Source of the DNA: Octopus vulgaris
Taxonomy: Eukaryota
Length of the DNA stretch: 64,000 nucleotides
NCBI GenBank assembly: GCA_951406725.2
Contig: OX597822.1
Location: 49,786,001 to 49,850,000 of the forward strand
Direction of reading: 5' to 3'
The translations under genes were made by a program, and so were the position numbers. The notes beneath the pieces are model-generated. The model was not told the DNA's origin and searched no databases. It saw nothing but the letters and a program-made list of their open reading frames with translations. Position 1 is the first letter of the stretch. The number at the start of each line of letters is the position of its first letter. Below, in pieces: positions 1 to 13,375 of the stretch.

Positions 1-384
1 CAAATCTAGCTCTATAAACAGTAAAACACAAAGAAAAAATGCATTTCGTACATTATAATGTTAAGCGTGAAATTAGAATATGATACATGTGTGATTTCAG
101 TAAAGAAAGTGACAAAAAATAATTTTAAAAAATTTGATGGTATTGATATGATAAAAAAAATATATATGTTATACAAATAAAATTATTAAAATTCGTTTTT
201 TCCTAATGCATTGTGTATATTTGAGTAACCGATCGATTTAAAAGATGTTCTGTGTAACTCGAGATATTCTGACATCGACTGAACACTTAATATTTGCCAA
301 TGAAATCGTTAAGGATTAAAAAATTTAGAAAAAATGTGTATATAAGCAATTTCCGAATGATCCTTTCGACTATAGGCTCACTGC

Positions 385-570
385 TTGAAATTTGTGGGTA
401 GGGGGTTACTTGATTACGTCGATCTCAGTACTCGATTGGCACTTATTTTATCGATATCGAAGGAAATAATGCAAAGTCGACCTCCGCGAAATTTGAGCTC
501 AGAAAGTAAAGGACAAAATGCCGCTAAACATTTTATCCGGACGCTAATGATTCTGCTAGCACGCCACCTT
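385..570 (-). mobile_element. tRNA-derived SINE, family B, diverged
   Basis: Reverse complement aligns by eye with the copy at 13032 (AAGG..GCTAGCAGAATCATTAGC head, CTGAGCTCAAATT B-box-like, GAGGTCGACTTTGC). Confidence 0.85.
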
Positions 571-1214
571 AGACAATCTGTGAATAATGACAAAGGTGTT
601 TTTTGTCATCATTTAATACAGTACCTGCTTAAATGTAATACTTAACTTTTTTGAATTCGCCAGAACATTCAGTATTTGCGATTTCTTTCGACAAAACCTT
701 TGGCAGACGCGAAGCGGGTGACCACATTTTATGATTACTGCTGAAAATATTTCCGCCAATTAGCGAACCGTAAACACAAAACCCATAGGACTACTCATTT
801 TGTGTTTTCCGACAGATAGAGCCAAACAAAAACTTGCCTTCTAAAGCGCACTTGCCGGTTCAAAGGCTTGATTCTAGTATACTACTGAGTTCAATTTAAT
901 ATATTTGATGCAACCGAATATTTAAATAAACATCTATAAATTTAAATGATTTCTAAGGTCATGTCAACTTTGAGCCAACGGATTTTGCAATCAAAATCGT
1001 TCCAGCCACGACCATCAAATCTTTTTTTTTCACGAACACAGTATTTAATTAATATGCTTTCCTCTTAAGTTGGTATCTTATCCAAGGTGTTATTGGCGTT
1101 ACGTCATTAACTCAAAATATCGTACACACATACATATATATGTATGTGTATATTATATATATACACACACATGCACATATAGACATATAAAAATAGAAAC
1201 ACTCATACATACAA

Positions 1215-1683
1215 TTTATTACTCTTTTATTCTTTGACATGTTTCAGTCATTTGAGAGGAGCTCCGCCTTTTAGTCGAGCAAATCAAACCCTAGAACTTA
1301 TTCTTTCTAAGCCTAGTACTTATTCTATCGTTCAGTTTTTGCCGAACCGCTAAGTTACGGAGATATAAGCACACCAGCATCGGTTGGCAAGCAATGTGGG
1401 GGGAACAAAACAGGCACAAACATACACACACTCACACACACACACACGCGCGCGCGCACACACACACACTCATACACATACACATATATATATATATATA
1501 TATATATACGACGGGCTTCCTTCAGTTTCCGTCTACCAGTCATTTGACTGCGGTTTTACTGGAGCACTGCCTTGATGGTTTTAGTCGAACAAATCGCCTC
1601 CAGGTCTTATTTTTCTTTACATGCCTGGTACTTATTTTTTCGGTTTCTTTTGCCGAACGCGCTAGATTACGGGAAGTAAACAC
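1215..1683 (-). mobile_element. Family A SINE, head truncated, followed by a second partial copy (1538-1683)
   Basis: Shares GCCGAACCGCTAAGTTACGG, ACACCAGCATCGGTTG, internal (CA)n(TA)n and GACGGGCTT..TTCAGTTTCCGTCTACCA with copies at 3605, 13828 and 27536. Confidence 0.85.
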
Positions 1684-1961
1684 AGGGAAAACTTTATGAA
1701 AGTACCAAAATAACTATAAAATCTACACAGAAAACGTCAATCAAATACTAGTCCGCTTCAATTACAAATCGCCAATGTTTTATTAGCATCACAAAATGAT
1801 GCAATTTTCTTATATTTTATGTTAAGAATAAATTGCAATCATTTTAAATAGTATTTTACTTTTTCTCGTTCCATCCAAGCTCGATAAGACACGATCATTC
1901 ATAAAATAATAGATTAAGCAGCCCCAGATGTCGTTTCGATTCTCTTTTCTCTTGCTTCAAG

Positions 1962-1985
1962 GATTCGTTCGGTGATAGAAAGAAG
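1962..1985 (+). other. Candidate 24-nt microexon
   Basis: TCTCTTTTCTCTTGCTTCAAG|GATTCGTTCGGTGATAGAAAGAAG|GTAAGT; motif only, no transcript evidence. Confidence 0.25.
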
Positions 1986-2606
1986 GTAAGTTGAGAGTAC
2001 CTCTCTGACCCATTTACTACAGCAAACACATAGCTAAGGCAGCTGCATCGAACGAACAGTGAATTTGCAGGCAGCTTGGTTCTCCAGAGTTTATCTATCG
2101 TCATTGAAGGTAACACGAACAGCTTACACTATAAGTGTAAATGGCATACAATCGTTTAGCCACAATTATGCTAATACATGAATATAGGAAACCATCTAAT
2201 CCTTTTCTATTCTGTTTTAAGAGAGAAGAGAAGAAGCATGGTATTTGGGAGAGAATTAGCTGCGGTTTCTAGGAGAGTAAAATACTGCATAGGGTATCTG
2301 TTAATAACACGTCAACTTCGCGTTTTATTGTGTTATCTTATATTGTGATCACGAATCCTAACCACTCAGATCGTAATGCTATCTTTCAGCCTTTATGATA
2401 ATATCTCATAGAACAGACTAATAATAATAGTAATATGTTTACAGGACTGTTATGCAAGGCGTTAAATAAGATATAAATCACATCAGCACTTCACCATCGA
2501 GCTATTTATTATCACTTTTCAATTCAATACGTCACAGAGAAAAAAAGAATATATTTCATCAAATACATACCGAATTAAAAAGAACAGAAGTGTTGGATAC
2601 GTGGAA

Positions 2607-2633
2607 ACTCACCTGAAAGAAGATAAAGAAAAT
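2607..2633 (-). other. Candidate recursive splice site (zero-length exon)
   Basis: Minus strand TTTTCTTTATCTTCTTTCAG|GTGAGT, junction between 2613 and 2612. Confidence 0.45.
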
Positions 2634-3346
2634 TTATATAATGACAGATTCTTAAAAGTAGATGGAATAACGGGCTTTTAATTTTGATATATGAAATATA
2701 CCAGCGGTAATTATATAAAGGCATATCAGAATAAGTAACAATTATGCGTACCAAACAAATGGTATTGTGTTGCCTTTAAAGATAGAGCGTTATGGAAAAT
2801 AATATTCTTGTTGTGTGAATGCGACTCTGAGGGAGAACGATAGGGATAATTTTCACTTGAATTGCAAATATTTCGAGCGTGACGTAACTATCTAACTGTT
2901 CAAGTGAGTATTATTTTCTATTTAATATTGATTTCTTTCTACATGTCAAAGTTTGTAGTGGGGGGGTGGTTACGTTTATTGATTCAATCGAATACAATAG
3001 ATTACCATTAAATTATGCAGTCTCCGACCTTGTGCTAATGTTAGAAATCAGTTTATTATCAGCACTGAAATATAGATATGTTTTCATTTTCTACTTTTCA
3101 TTTTTATACATTTGATGTTCGGATACTGAGATACCGAACGACTTACAACAAAGCACACATTTATGGGGTTGTCCAGATTTGCAATAAGCGCCATCTACAA
3201 TAGTAAATTTTGGGCAGACAAGAACTGGTTGTACATCATCTCAGATGGGTTGTAACATCAAATCTTCAGCAATGTCACACATTACCTTTCACAAGTGCAC
3301 ATGCACAGAAAGTAGCTTCTAGCTTACAGGAAGAAATCGAATAAAT

Positions 3347-3545
<199 letters not shown>

Positions 3546-3604
3546 ACCGATCGATCGAATGATCTAATCATTTAATCAATCGATCAATCATTCAATCAAT
3601 ATAG

Positions 3605-4001
3605 CTCTCTTTACTCTCTCTCTTTTACTCTTTTACTTGTTTCAGACATTTGACTGAGGCCATGCTGGTGCACCACGTTTAGTCGAGCAAATCGACCGCA
3701 GAGCTTATTCTTTGTTAGCCTAGTACTTAACCGCTAGGTTAAGGGGATGTAAACACACCAGCATCGGTTGTCAAGCGATGTTAGGGGGACAAACACAGAC
3801 ACACAAATATATACACACATAGACATATATATATACATACATACACGACGGGCTTCTTTCAGTTTCCGCCTACCAAATCTACGAACAAGGATTTGGTCGG
3901 CCCAAGGCTATAGTAGAAGACACTTGTCCAAGGTGCCTCACAGTGGGACTGAACCCGGGACCATGCGGTTGGCAAGCAAGCTACTTACCCCACAGCCACC
4001 A
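3605..4001 (-). mobile_element. Family A tRNA/CORE-type SINE, near full length
   Basis: Minus-strand head GTGGCTGTGGGGTAAGTAGCTTGC, B-box-like GGTTCAGTCCC, CORE-like CACCTTGGACAAGTGTCTT and TAAAAGAG tail. Confidence 0.9.
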
Positions 4002-4004
4002 CTA

Positions 4005-4055
<51 letters not shown>

Positions 4056-4056
4056 G

Positions 4057-4765
4057 AACGTGAGCTGAAAAGTTTATAGCTGTGAAATGCTGCATGCATT
4101 AATTTCAACCATCCCTATTGGTAGCTACATGTGTCCTTTCCAGTTGAGCTTACATCTGACTGTTCAAAAGCAACTAGTTGCAATTCTTTTGAAAATGGAC
4201 AAACTTTGGTATAGCGGAGTTAACAAGTACCTACTTTGGAAAACGGTTTAATCCCCAATGACTCTCGTGCTGACATGCTTGGTATTCTTAGGGGATGACT
4301 CTCCAACTTTATCAACTGTGCAAATATGCTTAACTAAATTTAGGAGAGTCTTGAAGTTGACTCAAGTCTGGACGTTCAGCAGCTGTCACTAGGGAGGAAA
4401 ACATTATCGTTTCCATCCCATGGTCATAGATGACCAGCAATTGACTATAAATCAAATAGTCAATGCTATTAGTATATCCTATAAGAGATTTGAGAATATT
4501 ATGCAAAATGAACTTAACATTAAGAAAGTTTCTTATCAGTGGATGCCACGTCTTCTGACATTTGATGAAAAGTGCACCAAGCAGATCACGTCACGGGAAA
4601 ATTTGACATTGATTGAGACAGATGCAACTGGTTTCTTGAACTTTTTCTGGGTTCATCATTTTGAGCTTGAGACAAAGAGACAATCCATGCAGTGGAAACA
4701 TCCCTCCTTACCTGCTTCAAGAAGGCCAAGGTCATTTCATCTGCAGAAAAGATGACGGCCTCAGG
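4057..4765 (+). mobile_element. Decayed mariner transposase, 5' half
   Basis: ORF 4420-4755 has WMPRLLT (mariner WVPxxL motif) and WVHHFELETKRQSMQWKH; truncated before the (TATC)n tract. Confidence 0.9.
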
Positions 4766-4787
4766 TTTTACGAGGATATAAAAGGCA

Positions 4788-4875
<88 letters not shown>

Positions 4876-4876
4876 A

Positions 4877-4943
<67 letters not shown>

Positions 4944-4944
4944 A

Positions 4945-4975
<31 letters not shown>

Positions 4976-4979
4976 AATA

Positions 4980-5056
<77 letters not shown>
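4788..5056. repeat. (TATC)n microsatellite, about 270 bp
   Basis: Directly visible; lies between the mariner relic and the Penelope relic. Confidence 0.98.
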
Positions 5057-5057
<1 letters not shown>

Positions 5058-6841
5058 GGAAAAACACCGCGGAGCGCTGGAGTGGATGGAATGCACCCGC
5101 CCACGACCCAAGGGATAACGTCCAGACACGGAAAATGATTGAACATGCAGTGGGCGCAAGTCTAAAGACCACCCCACAGAACCATATAGTTAAATTCAAT
5201 GATAAGTTTATATACAAGTCCAGGGGGCAGCCATTGCTGTCAATGTGGTTGGGGACGTGGCAGGCCGATTCATGATCGTATGGGGCAGGAAACTTAAACA
5301 AGCACTTCAGGAACACTCAGTAGCAATCAGACTGTACGGGAGATATGTGGATGATATCAACATCATAGTCAAGATAACATCGAACATTCAAACTGAAGAA
5401 AACGAGAGGATCATGATGGAAACCATCCAGCGTATAGCTAATTCCATACATTGAAGCAATAGGGTAACTATAGATTACCCAACAAGGGATCCAATGAAGA
5501 GACTCCTGGTCCTTGACACAGATCTTTGGCTAGAGACAAATTCTCCACTCACACTATATGAAACCCATGTCCTCGAAATATATGATCCATGAGAGTTCGG
5601 CTCTATCACACAATTAATATATTAATAGCCGACATAGTCAAAATAATGAAAAACACATCACCCCTATGAAAAACCTGGGAGAAACAGAAACATAATACTT
5701 CTTGCATCGCATGCAATTTTCGGGATACAAACAGAAAGATAGAATCTGAGTGTACAGTGGAGCTAGCAAGAAATTTGTAGAGAATGTGAATAAGGATGGC
5801 GATAGAACACAACGTAAGTAGCGTAGTAAGCAGTGGAATAAAATACGGAGAATTTATGATAAAACAAACAAAAAGAACACGTGATACAAAGCCGACAAGT
5901 TCCAAGGGACGATGTTTGTAGAAGCCACACCACATAGGGAACTAGCCCGCAGATTTAGAAAAATCCTGAAGTTGAACATAAAAGTCATGAAATAACCAGG
6001 GAGATCCATCAGGTCAATAATATGCAAAACATAACCCTTCAGAAAACCCACGTGTGAAGAGGGGGACTGTGTAGTGTGCAAATATCATCGACATCATTGT
6101 TCGACCGTGGTCGAGACAATGGAATTTACCATGCTACGCCAGACTTCACGGTCCATCATGGCATCACGGAGGTCCTGTTGCTGGATGCCTGTATCCCTGG
6201 AGATTACATCAAGGTAGGAGAGTGTGAGCCCTCTGGTATTGCGAGTAGATGGCTTCCAGAGGAGAAGAGTAGAAATTACTTCTTTTTCAGCTCTACAACA
6301 ATGTCCAGCAAACTCGACTCTCCTACCTTTCACAAGGTGCAAATATAGCCCTGATGTCAACTGCAAAACCAGAAACGTGGTTTACTGAATTAACTGCATG
6401 GATGGTGATTATAAAAACCGGAAGAGTGCATACATCGGTGAAACGGCGAGAAGTTTGGCCGAGCGTATAAACGAACCTTGGAGGGATTACAGAGATCAAA
6501 GACAATTCTCGATACTCTACCAGCATGCCAAAGAACATCATGGTGGTGAGCTGAACGGAAATCCTGTCTAGACAACCAGACGACGCATCGCTACGACAGA
6601 TATTAGAGTGAGGCTAGATAAACGAAACACGACCGGTTTCGAATAGTAAATATTCTCATCAAGCACAGGCCTTACATGGACGCACAAACATATACACACG
6701 TATGCACACACACGAACGGACACACACATCCAAAGACAAAGACACAGACATGTCCTCCCGCCCACACGGAGACAGAAACATACAGATGCACACACTTATG
6801 TATAAATGTACACGTATACAGACGTACACACTCACACACAC

Positions 6842-6880
<39 letters not shown>

Positions 6881-7000
6881 AACATAAGTTCAAAAGAAAT
6901 GAAGGTACAGTGACGTGTCACTGAAGATATCGCAACAATGCGATCAAATAATAATTTTACAAAAAAAGAAATTACAAGAGTTACAATACAGAACATTTGA
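5057..7000 (+). mobile_element. Penelope-like retroelement relic (RT, Cys-rich linker, C-terminal GIY-YIG, degenerate pLTR hammerhead)
   Basis: YGRYVDDINII (RT active site), HYMKPMSS, linker CEEGDCVVC..NC, RNVVY..INC..AYIGETARSLAERINE; CTGAAGAT-ATCGCA-ACAA-TGCGAT at 6921-6944. Confidence 0.9.
6086..6336 (-). mobile_element. 5'-truncated RTE-clade LINE inserted in the Penelope, with 10-bp TSD
   Basis: Encodes RRVEFAGHC..LLWKP..DREVWRSMV (RTE C-terminus); GTGCAAATAT duplicated at 6076-6085 and 6337-6346. Confidence 0.9.
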
Positions 7001-7137
7001 AAAATTAACTGTTTAACCGTTAATCGATAAATTGGTTAACGAAGGAGACAACCTATTAACTAACAATAACATTAAAGGACAGAACCAGTGCGTGTGTTTA
7101 TTATTACCGGCACAATGCCCCTCCCATATATATATAT

Positions 7138-7460
7138 TTCCTCTACTTTTTTCAGTCTGAGTCTCAGACCATGCTGTAACACCACCTTGAACGGGTCTGT
7201 CGAACAAATCGAGTACTTATTTTCCGAAAACTGGTGCATATTCTGTAGAACTCTTTTTGCAGAAATGTTAAGTTACGGGAATGTAAAGAAACCAAGACTG
7301 TTTTCAAGCAGTGGGGGACAAAGATAACCACAAAACACAAGCATACAGATACACACACACATGCAAGCATGCACAAACACACGCGCACATATACACACAC
7401 GCTTGTATATACATATATTTGTATACATACGACTGGCTTCTGTTTATGTCTACCAAATTC
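7138..7460 (-). mobile_element. Diverged family A SINE
   Basis: CATGCTGTAACACCACCTTG, AAGTTACGGGAATGTAAA, GTGGGGGACAAA, CA tract, TACGACTGGCTTC. Confidence 0.75.
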
Positions 7461-7501
7461 ATATATATAAAGGTCTTCTTAGGATGTAGAGTAGTTGTTT
7501 G

Positions 7502-7544
<43 letters not shown>

Positions 7545-7547
<3 letters not shown>

Positions 7548-7902
7548 CGTGGCACTTCATCGGTTACAACGACGTGGGTTCCAGTTGATCCGATCAACGG
7601 AACAGCCTGCTCGCGAAGCGAAATTAACGTGCAAGTGGCTGAGGACTCCACAGACACGTGTACCCTTAACGTAATTCTGGGGGATATTCAGCGTGAAACA
7701 GAGTGTGACAAGACTAGCCCTTTGAAATACAGGTAAAAGAGAACTGGAAGAAAGAGTGAGAGAAAGTTAGCAGGGTTTGCCACAATCCCCTGCCGGAGTC
7801 TCATGGAGCTTTAGGTGTTTTCGCTCAATAAACACTCACAACGCCCGGTCTGGGAATCGAAACTGCGAGTCCGCAGCCCTAACCACTGGATAATTGCACC
7901 TC
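7545..7902 (-). mobile_element. tRNA-headed SINE, family C
   Basis: Minus-strand A-box-like CCAGTGGTTAGGG and B-box GTTTCGATTCCC, then a non-coding body ending at a (TA)n tract. Confidence 0.75.
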
Positions 7903-7913
7903 ACACACACACG

Positions 7914-7965
<52 letters not shown>

Positions 7966-9996
7966 CATAAATGTAAAAGCTTTTACATTTATATACAATT
8001 TCTGCGACTCTACACTCTATTCCTTGCCTATATTTTTCTTTGTCTTGGCCCCTCTATAATCCCCTATATTTCTTTTTCTTCCCCTTCTTCCTGGCTATCT
8101 TTTCTTTTCCCTTCTTACTCCTTTCGTTCTTTTCCATTCCCCTTTCTGCCTGTTGATCACACGTGACTACAAGCAATTTTCCCCGTCTCTCTGTTTCTTT
8201 GGGTGGGACGTCCAGCCAGGTGTATGTAATTTTTCTCGCCTCTCGATATTTTGTGTCTCCTATTTTTTCTCTTCTTTTTTTTATCTTCAAATCCTTTCAA
8301 AATTTCTCCCAGGCATTACCCAATGCAATTCGTATTGGCCTAATGCCCCTTAATGCCTGTCTTTGTCGATTGTTTACTCTGTATGTCCACTCTGGTATTG
8401 TTTGTTCGTTAGCACCAACTATCCATAAATTTGATATTTTGAAAATTTGTGGATGCTGCTGCCTTATGAAGTTTTCCTGTCTTGTCGTTGAAAGCTCGGA
8501 ACAGGTAGTAATAAACAGTCGACAACTAAGGAAGGGTTCGACTTCCATTGGTATTTTGTCTTGTACGTGTCTCTGTGTGTTTGCATGTTTTCCCTCATTG
8601 GTGAGATACTGTACTTAATGTGTATTTTTCGGCATCTTTTCTTTGTATTTGTCCTGTACTTATCTCTCGTGTGTTTACGTATTTTTCACTCGCTGATGAT
8701 GTCTTATATGTAATGAGAATTTTTAATTATATATATATATATTATAAGAAGATGTATCTACGACCTTCATGAAAAAGTCCGATCTAAATGCAACTACATG
8801 AAAAGCAACACCCTGTTACGTATATTGAAAGAAATAATCGTTTTTTCTATAAATTATTCTGACGTACAATGAAACATACCTTCTATCAAAATGATATAAA
8901 CTCAGATTACCATCTAGTTTCAACTGGCGAAATAAAATGTAACGCGTTAGTAATCATATTAAGTTCTCTACGACCTAGAAAATGGCAATGTGAAAATATT
9001 ATGGAACCTATTTTTAAACTCAACATCATTTTCCATGACTAAAATGGTAATAACAAACTAATGTTCGATATAAAATCAAATGATTAAAATATTGATCTGA
9101 ACCGAGGAGGAAATGTAAATAATTAACTCGTCCTAGCAGTTTGATTTTAATTAAGGCTGTTAATAAATGTGAATAATTTCATTTTCAATTGATACTTCTG
9201 GAATGACGGACAGCTAATTTTGTTAAGACTTTAGGATAAGGGGAGGCAGAGAGACACTATGAAATTCTAGAATTTGCCATTTTATTTTAGTTAAACTTAG
9301 TCAGACGTTATGGTGTTTTGGTCATGATCACATGCTTGCAGTATCGATTTATTTGACAAGGAACTTCATTTCCTATTATTCCATATTATTCCAATGAGCA
9401 TTGAGGTTCAAATAAGTATAAGCCGAATATATCTGCCGTACTCCGTCTCTCTCCTCCCTCACGCACTACCTCTCTCACTGAGTCTCTGGACGTCATAAAG
9501 TGGGCTCTCGTTTCATTGAGTGAGAAAGTGGAAACACGGCCGTAGAATCTCTTGGGTGAAGACAAAGATCCAGTGCGTCGTTCGCTTCTTGGTGGACACC
9601 ACCTAGTCTCTCTCTATTGCCGCTATGAATCTCCATAGTAATAACGGCGTTTGCTGCAAGTCTCAGGTCCTAAAAGTCATTTGGACGAGCTGTGTAGTTT
9701 TGAACTCATTAGACAAGGGTGTTTGTCGGTGATGATATCTTTGCATGAAGACAAAATTTCGAGTCTTTTGGTCTCTGGTTCTCCCGGTCTCTGCTCTATT
9801 ATTGTAAGACTTGCATATTGTCTGGAAGGCTTAGACGCCGCCTGAACTCCTTTCGTACCAGGACGCTTCGCAAGATTATATGAGTTAACATTAGTTAGAT
9901 TTCGTATCCAATCAGCGACTCTACTCAGATATTGGGATGCATCCTGTTACTGTATCATTCGAGAGAGCCAGACTTATCGAGTTAGACCCTACTTAC

Positions 9997-10151
9997 CGTG
10001 TTTGTTCTCTTCACTAGGGATTCGGCTGGGTTGATGACTCTTGTTGGTCGACCACATACCAAATAGTGAGGGAAGATGAGTACGTATCTCACGGAAAATG
10101 AGACTAGATGGGACTCTACTCGACGGATCGCTCGGAGTATCAGGGACTGTA
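9997..10151 (-). other. Candidate 155-nt exon in a GC-elevated single-copy segment
   Basis: Acceptor TTCCTCATTTTTCAG, donor CACG|GTAAGT, open frame TVPDTPSDPSS..EENKH; no homology recognised. Confidence 0.3.
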
Positions 10152-11230
10152 CTGAAAAATGAGGAATGCAGCAACGCGCTGCGACATCGCATACCCTTAT
10201 ATCTGAAAGGGTCTGACCTAAATAGTGGTAGTTCTTCGACAATTCAAATTTTGTGAGGTATGGCCACGCGACTTTTGTTTTCGATTAGTGTCGTCCAACA
10301 GAATAAAAAAAGAATGCTTACACCTCAGTAAGAAACAAAACGGATGCATATTATGTGAACATACTTAAACCAAGTTTATTCCTGGTAGATTCGCAGCAAC
10401 AATTATTGAACAGCTCGATATCCTTTAGAAAGAAAAAATAAAACTTACAAAAATGAAGAAAAAACAATAGATATTCAGAAAAGAACTGACGAACATATAC
10501 GCACACATAAGAGGCATACAGACAAATCTGCGCGCATACATACATGTACCTAATTCTTTTCTTGCTAACTTATAATATAAAGAATTGTTGACAACAAACG
10601 TTTCTTTCGAGATTCCATTTACGAATTCGCCGTACAACTGCAGAAAATAAGCAAGAAAAGAAAACAAAAGAATATGGAAAAAGAATGAGGATATCAGAAA
10701 AGCAGTAATTTCTTCTGGACAAATTGGATTCCGACGTCAAAGTAAGTTTTGAAAGGAATTAGAAACACCCACTGATTCAAGAGTAATCTAATGTATGAAT
10801 GCACGTGTACTTATTGTATATATAATTTATATTATACATGTATATGTACGCATATATGCATATACATATATGTGCGTATGTAATTCACTTCTATATTTCA
10901 CTACTCATAGGAAAAAATAAACGCTCTCAGTCGTACACACATACATGCACACGCTCACGCATGCGTATGAATATGAATGGCTAAAAGTAAACATGTTCGT
11001 TCTAGTTTCCCTTCTTATCCACCTGTTTGACATTCTTCGCTGTCTTCCATTTAGCATTGCGTTAATATAGCCTTTATTTTCTCCACTACTTCTATGTCCG
11101 TTTACCCTTTAGCTTTGAATATATCTATATATTCTTCTCTCTATCCCATATTTATTCATATACTTTTTTTTATCTTTGTATTTTAATGACATTGGATTAA
11201 CCATCGAGCTGGCCGTCCATCCTTCCTTTC

Positions 11231-11302
<72 letters not shown>

Positions 11303-11303
11303 G

Positions 11304-11363
<60 letters not shown>

Positions 11364-11365
11364 TA

Positions 11366-11454
<89 letters not shown>

Positions 11455-11465
11455 GTCTGCCTGTC
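11231..11465. repeat. (TATC)n microsatellite
   Basis: Directly visible. Confidence 0.98.
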
Positions 11466-12592
11466 AGTCACTCTGTTTAAATGTTAATGCATGATTCTTA
11501 AAGTTGTTTACGTTTCCTTAATAAGAAGACACTTGCTTCCATGATTGGCCTTGAGTCGAGCAGATTTTTTTCTGTGCGCCACTCAGATATGAGCGCTATT
11601 TATTCATTAAAATACAGGTCATCCCTGTTATAATTGGATCAATCATTGATGCTCTGTTATGAAAAATAACATAGTCTTCCAATTACCTTTGAAACCATCA
11701 ATATTCTTTTTTCGTTTTGAATACTAAATATTACATTACAAATCGCTCAAGGCACAACCACAACATACCCAAAGGAAAAGTGAATCGATAGCAGTCCATT
11801 AATATATTTTAGATAAACTATTTACTGTAAAGTATAATGCCAAATAAACAAATAAATAAATAAATAAATAAATAAATAAATATACGTAACTTCAAAATAG
11901 ATTCTATATTTTCTGCAAGTTAAGAACTATATACGTCTGAGATTCACAAAGGATTTATGACGTCATGTAGGCTTATTGTTTTCGAGTGGTAAGTGACAGA
12001 AGTTGTGACTCTTCGTCCTCGATTTCTTCTCTATTCGTGGTTGTTTTAGATTCTCATACTTGTGAATTCGATAAAAATACTACCATACTGGACTGTTGGT
12101 GGTTGGATTCACCTACAAATTGCGTGAGCTATACTAAAATTTGAAAGCATTATAAATAAAAGCGCTGGAAAGGATGCCAAGCAATATTCAGTTACTGTTC
12201 AAATCCTATTAATGTCAACGTTACACTTTACCAGTCTTAGTCAGTTATAATAAGAACCATTCAGATATTCTGGTTGCAAAGTTGACTGTTTTAGTAGTGT
12301 TGGTGGCACTATCGGTAGTGGTGTATTGAACGTTTCATTCTGTTTTTAAAATACGCCTCTACACATGGAAGTTGACTAATATTTCTTTCGTATGGGATTC
12401 ATAAATTTACCTGTTATATTCATTCTCTTTTCCTTCAGAGTGCCCTACATAAGGCACCAAATGCAAACACAGTCGACAGCAACTTCCCCTACAAACTATA
12501 TGACCATATGCCAATGTTAAATGTAGGAAATTCTTTCAATGGGAAGCGTTTGGAAGGAGCGCTATAAGCAGTGCGCAATGTATGAATACACA

Positions 12593-12623
<31 letters not shown>

Positions 12624-13031
12624 TTATATTGCGAAAGAGGAAGAAAAGTAGGAAGGAGGTAAAGAGAGGCAATGAGAAAGGGAGGAAAAGGAAAGGGGAG
12701 CGATAAAAGCAGAAAATTAGGGAAGAGATCAAAATGTTTTGCATTTCTGGCGATAAATAGTTGTTACTATGCATAAGATAATAGACGTAGTCAAGATGTA
12801 CAGTAAAATTGTTATCATCTTGCTGCTAGGATCCATAGCATCGGTAGAAAAGTCAGAAGAAAGATATAAACCGTAATTTATTTATTTCTTTTAATGGAAA
12901 AGCTGACAGATTTAGTGTTTATAGTTGATGAAATGAAACAAAACAGATATGCGTGCGATCTACAATGCAATAACACCATTCACAGTCTATCTTGTGTTAT
13001 GTATGCATGAATATATTTAAAAAAAAAAACA

Positions 13032-13375
13032 AAGGCGGTGAGCTGGCAGAAACGTTAGCACGCCGGGCGAAATGAGTAGCCGTATTTCGTCTGTCGCTAC
13101 GTTCTGAGTTCAAATTCCACCGAGGTCGACTTTGCGTTTCATCCTTTCGGGGTCGATAAATTAGGTACCAGTTACACCCTGGGGTCGATATAATCGACTT
13201 AATCCGTTTGTCTGTCCTTGTTTGTCCCCACTGTGTTTAGCACCTTGTGGGTAGTAAAGAAATATATATTTTAAAAAACAACTGGGGTCGATATAATCGA
13301 CTTAATCCGTTTGTCTGTCCTTGTTTGTCCCCTCTGTGTTTAGCCCCTTGTGGGTAGTAAAGAAATATATATTTT
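13032..13375 (+). mobile_element. Family B SINE with a tandemly duplicated 3' end
   Basis: Head AAGGCGGTGAGCTGGCAGAA, B-box GAGTTCAAATTCC; about 95-bp tail present at 13179-13272 and again at 13282-13375. Confidence 0.92.

Noticed and set aside
4661-5275. 204-aa ORF as a gene
   Set aside because: Chance fusion of a mariner end, (TATC)n read-through (IYLS repeats) and a Penelope fragment.
6385-6387. In-frame TGA in the Penelope GIY-YIG (VVY*INC) as selenocysteine, as in Naiad PLEs
   Set aside because: The position is not a conserved Cys, the endonuclease is C-terminal (not Naiad architecture), the element has other stops and frameshifts, and CGA-to-TGA decay explains it.
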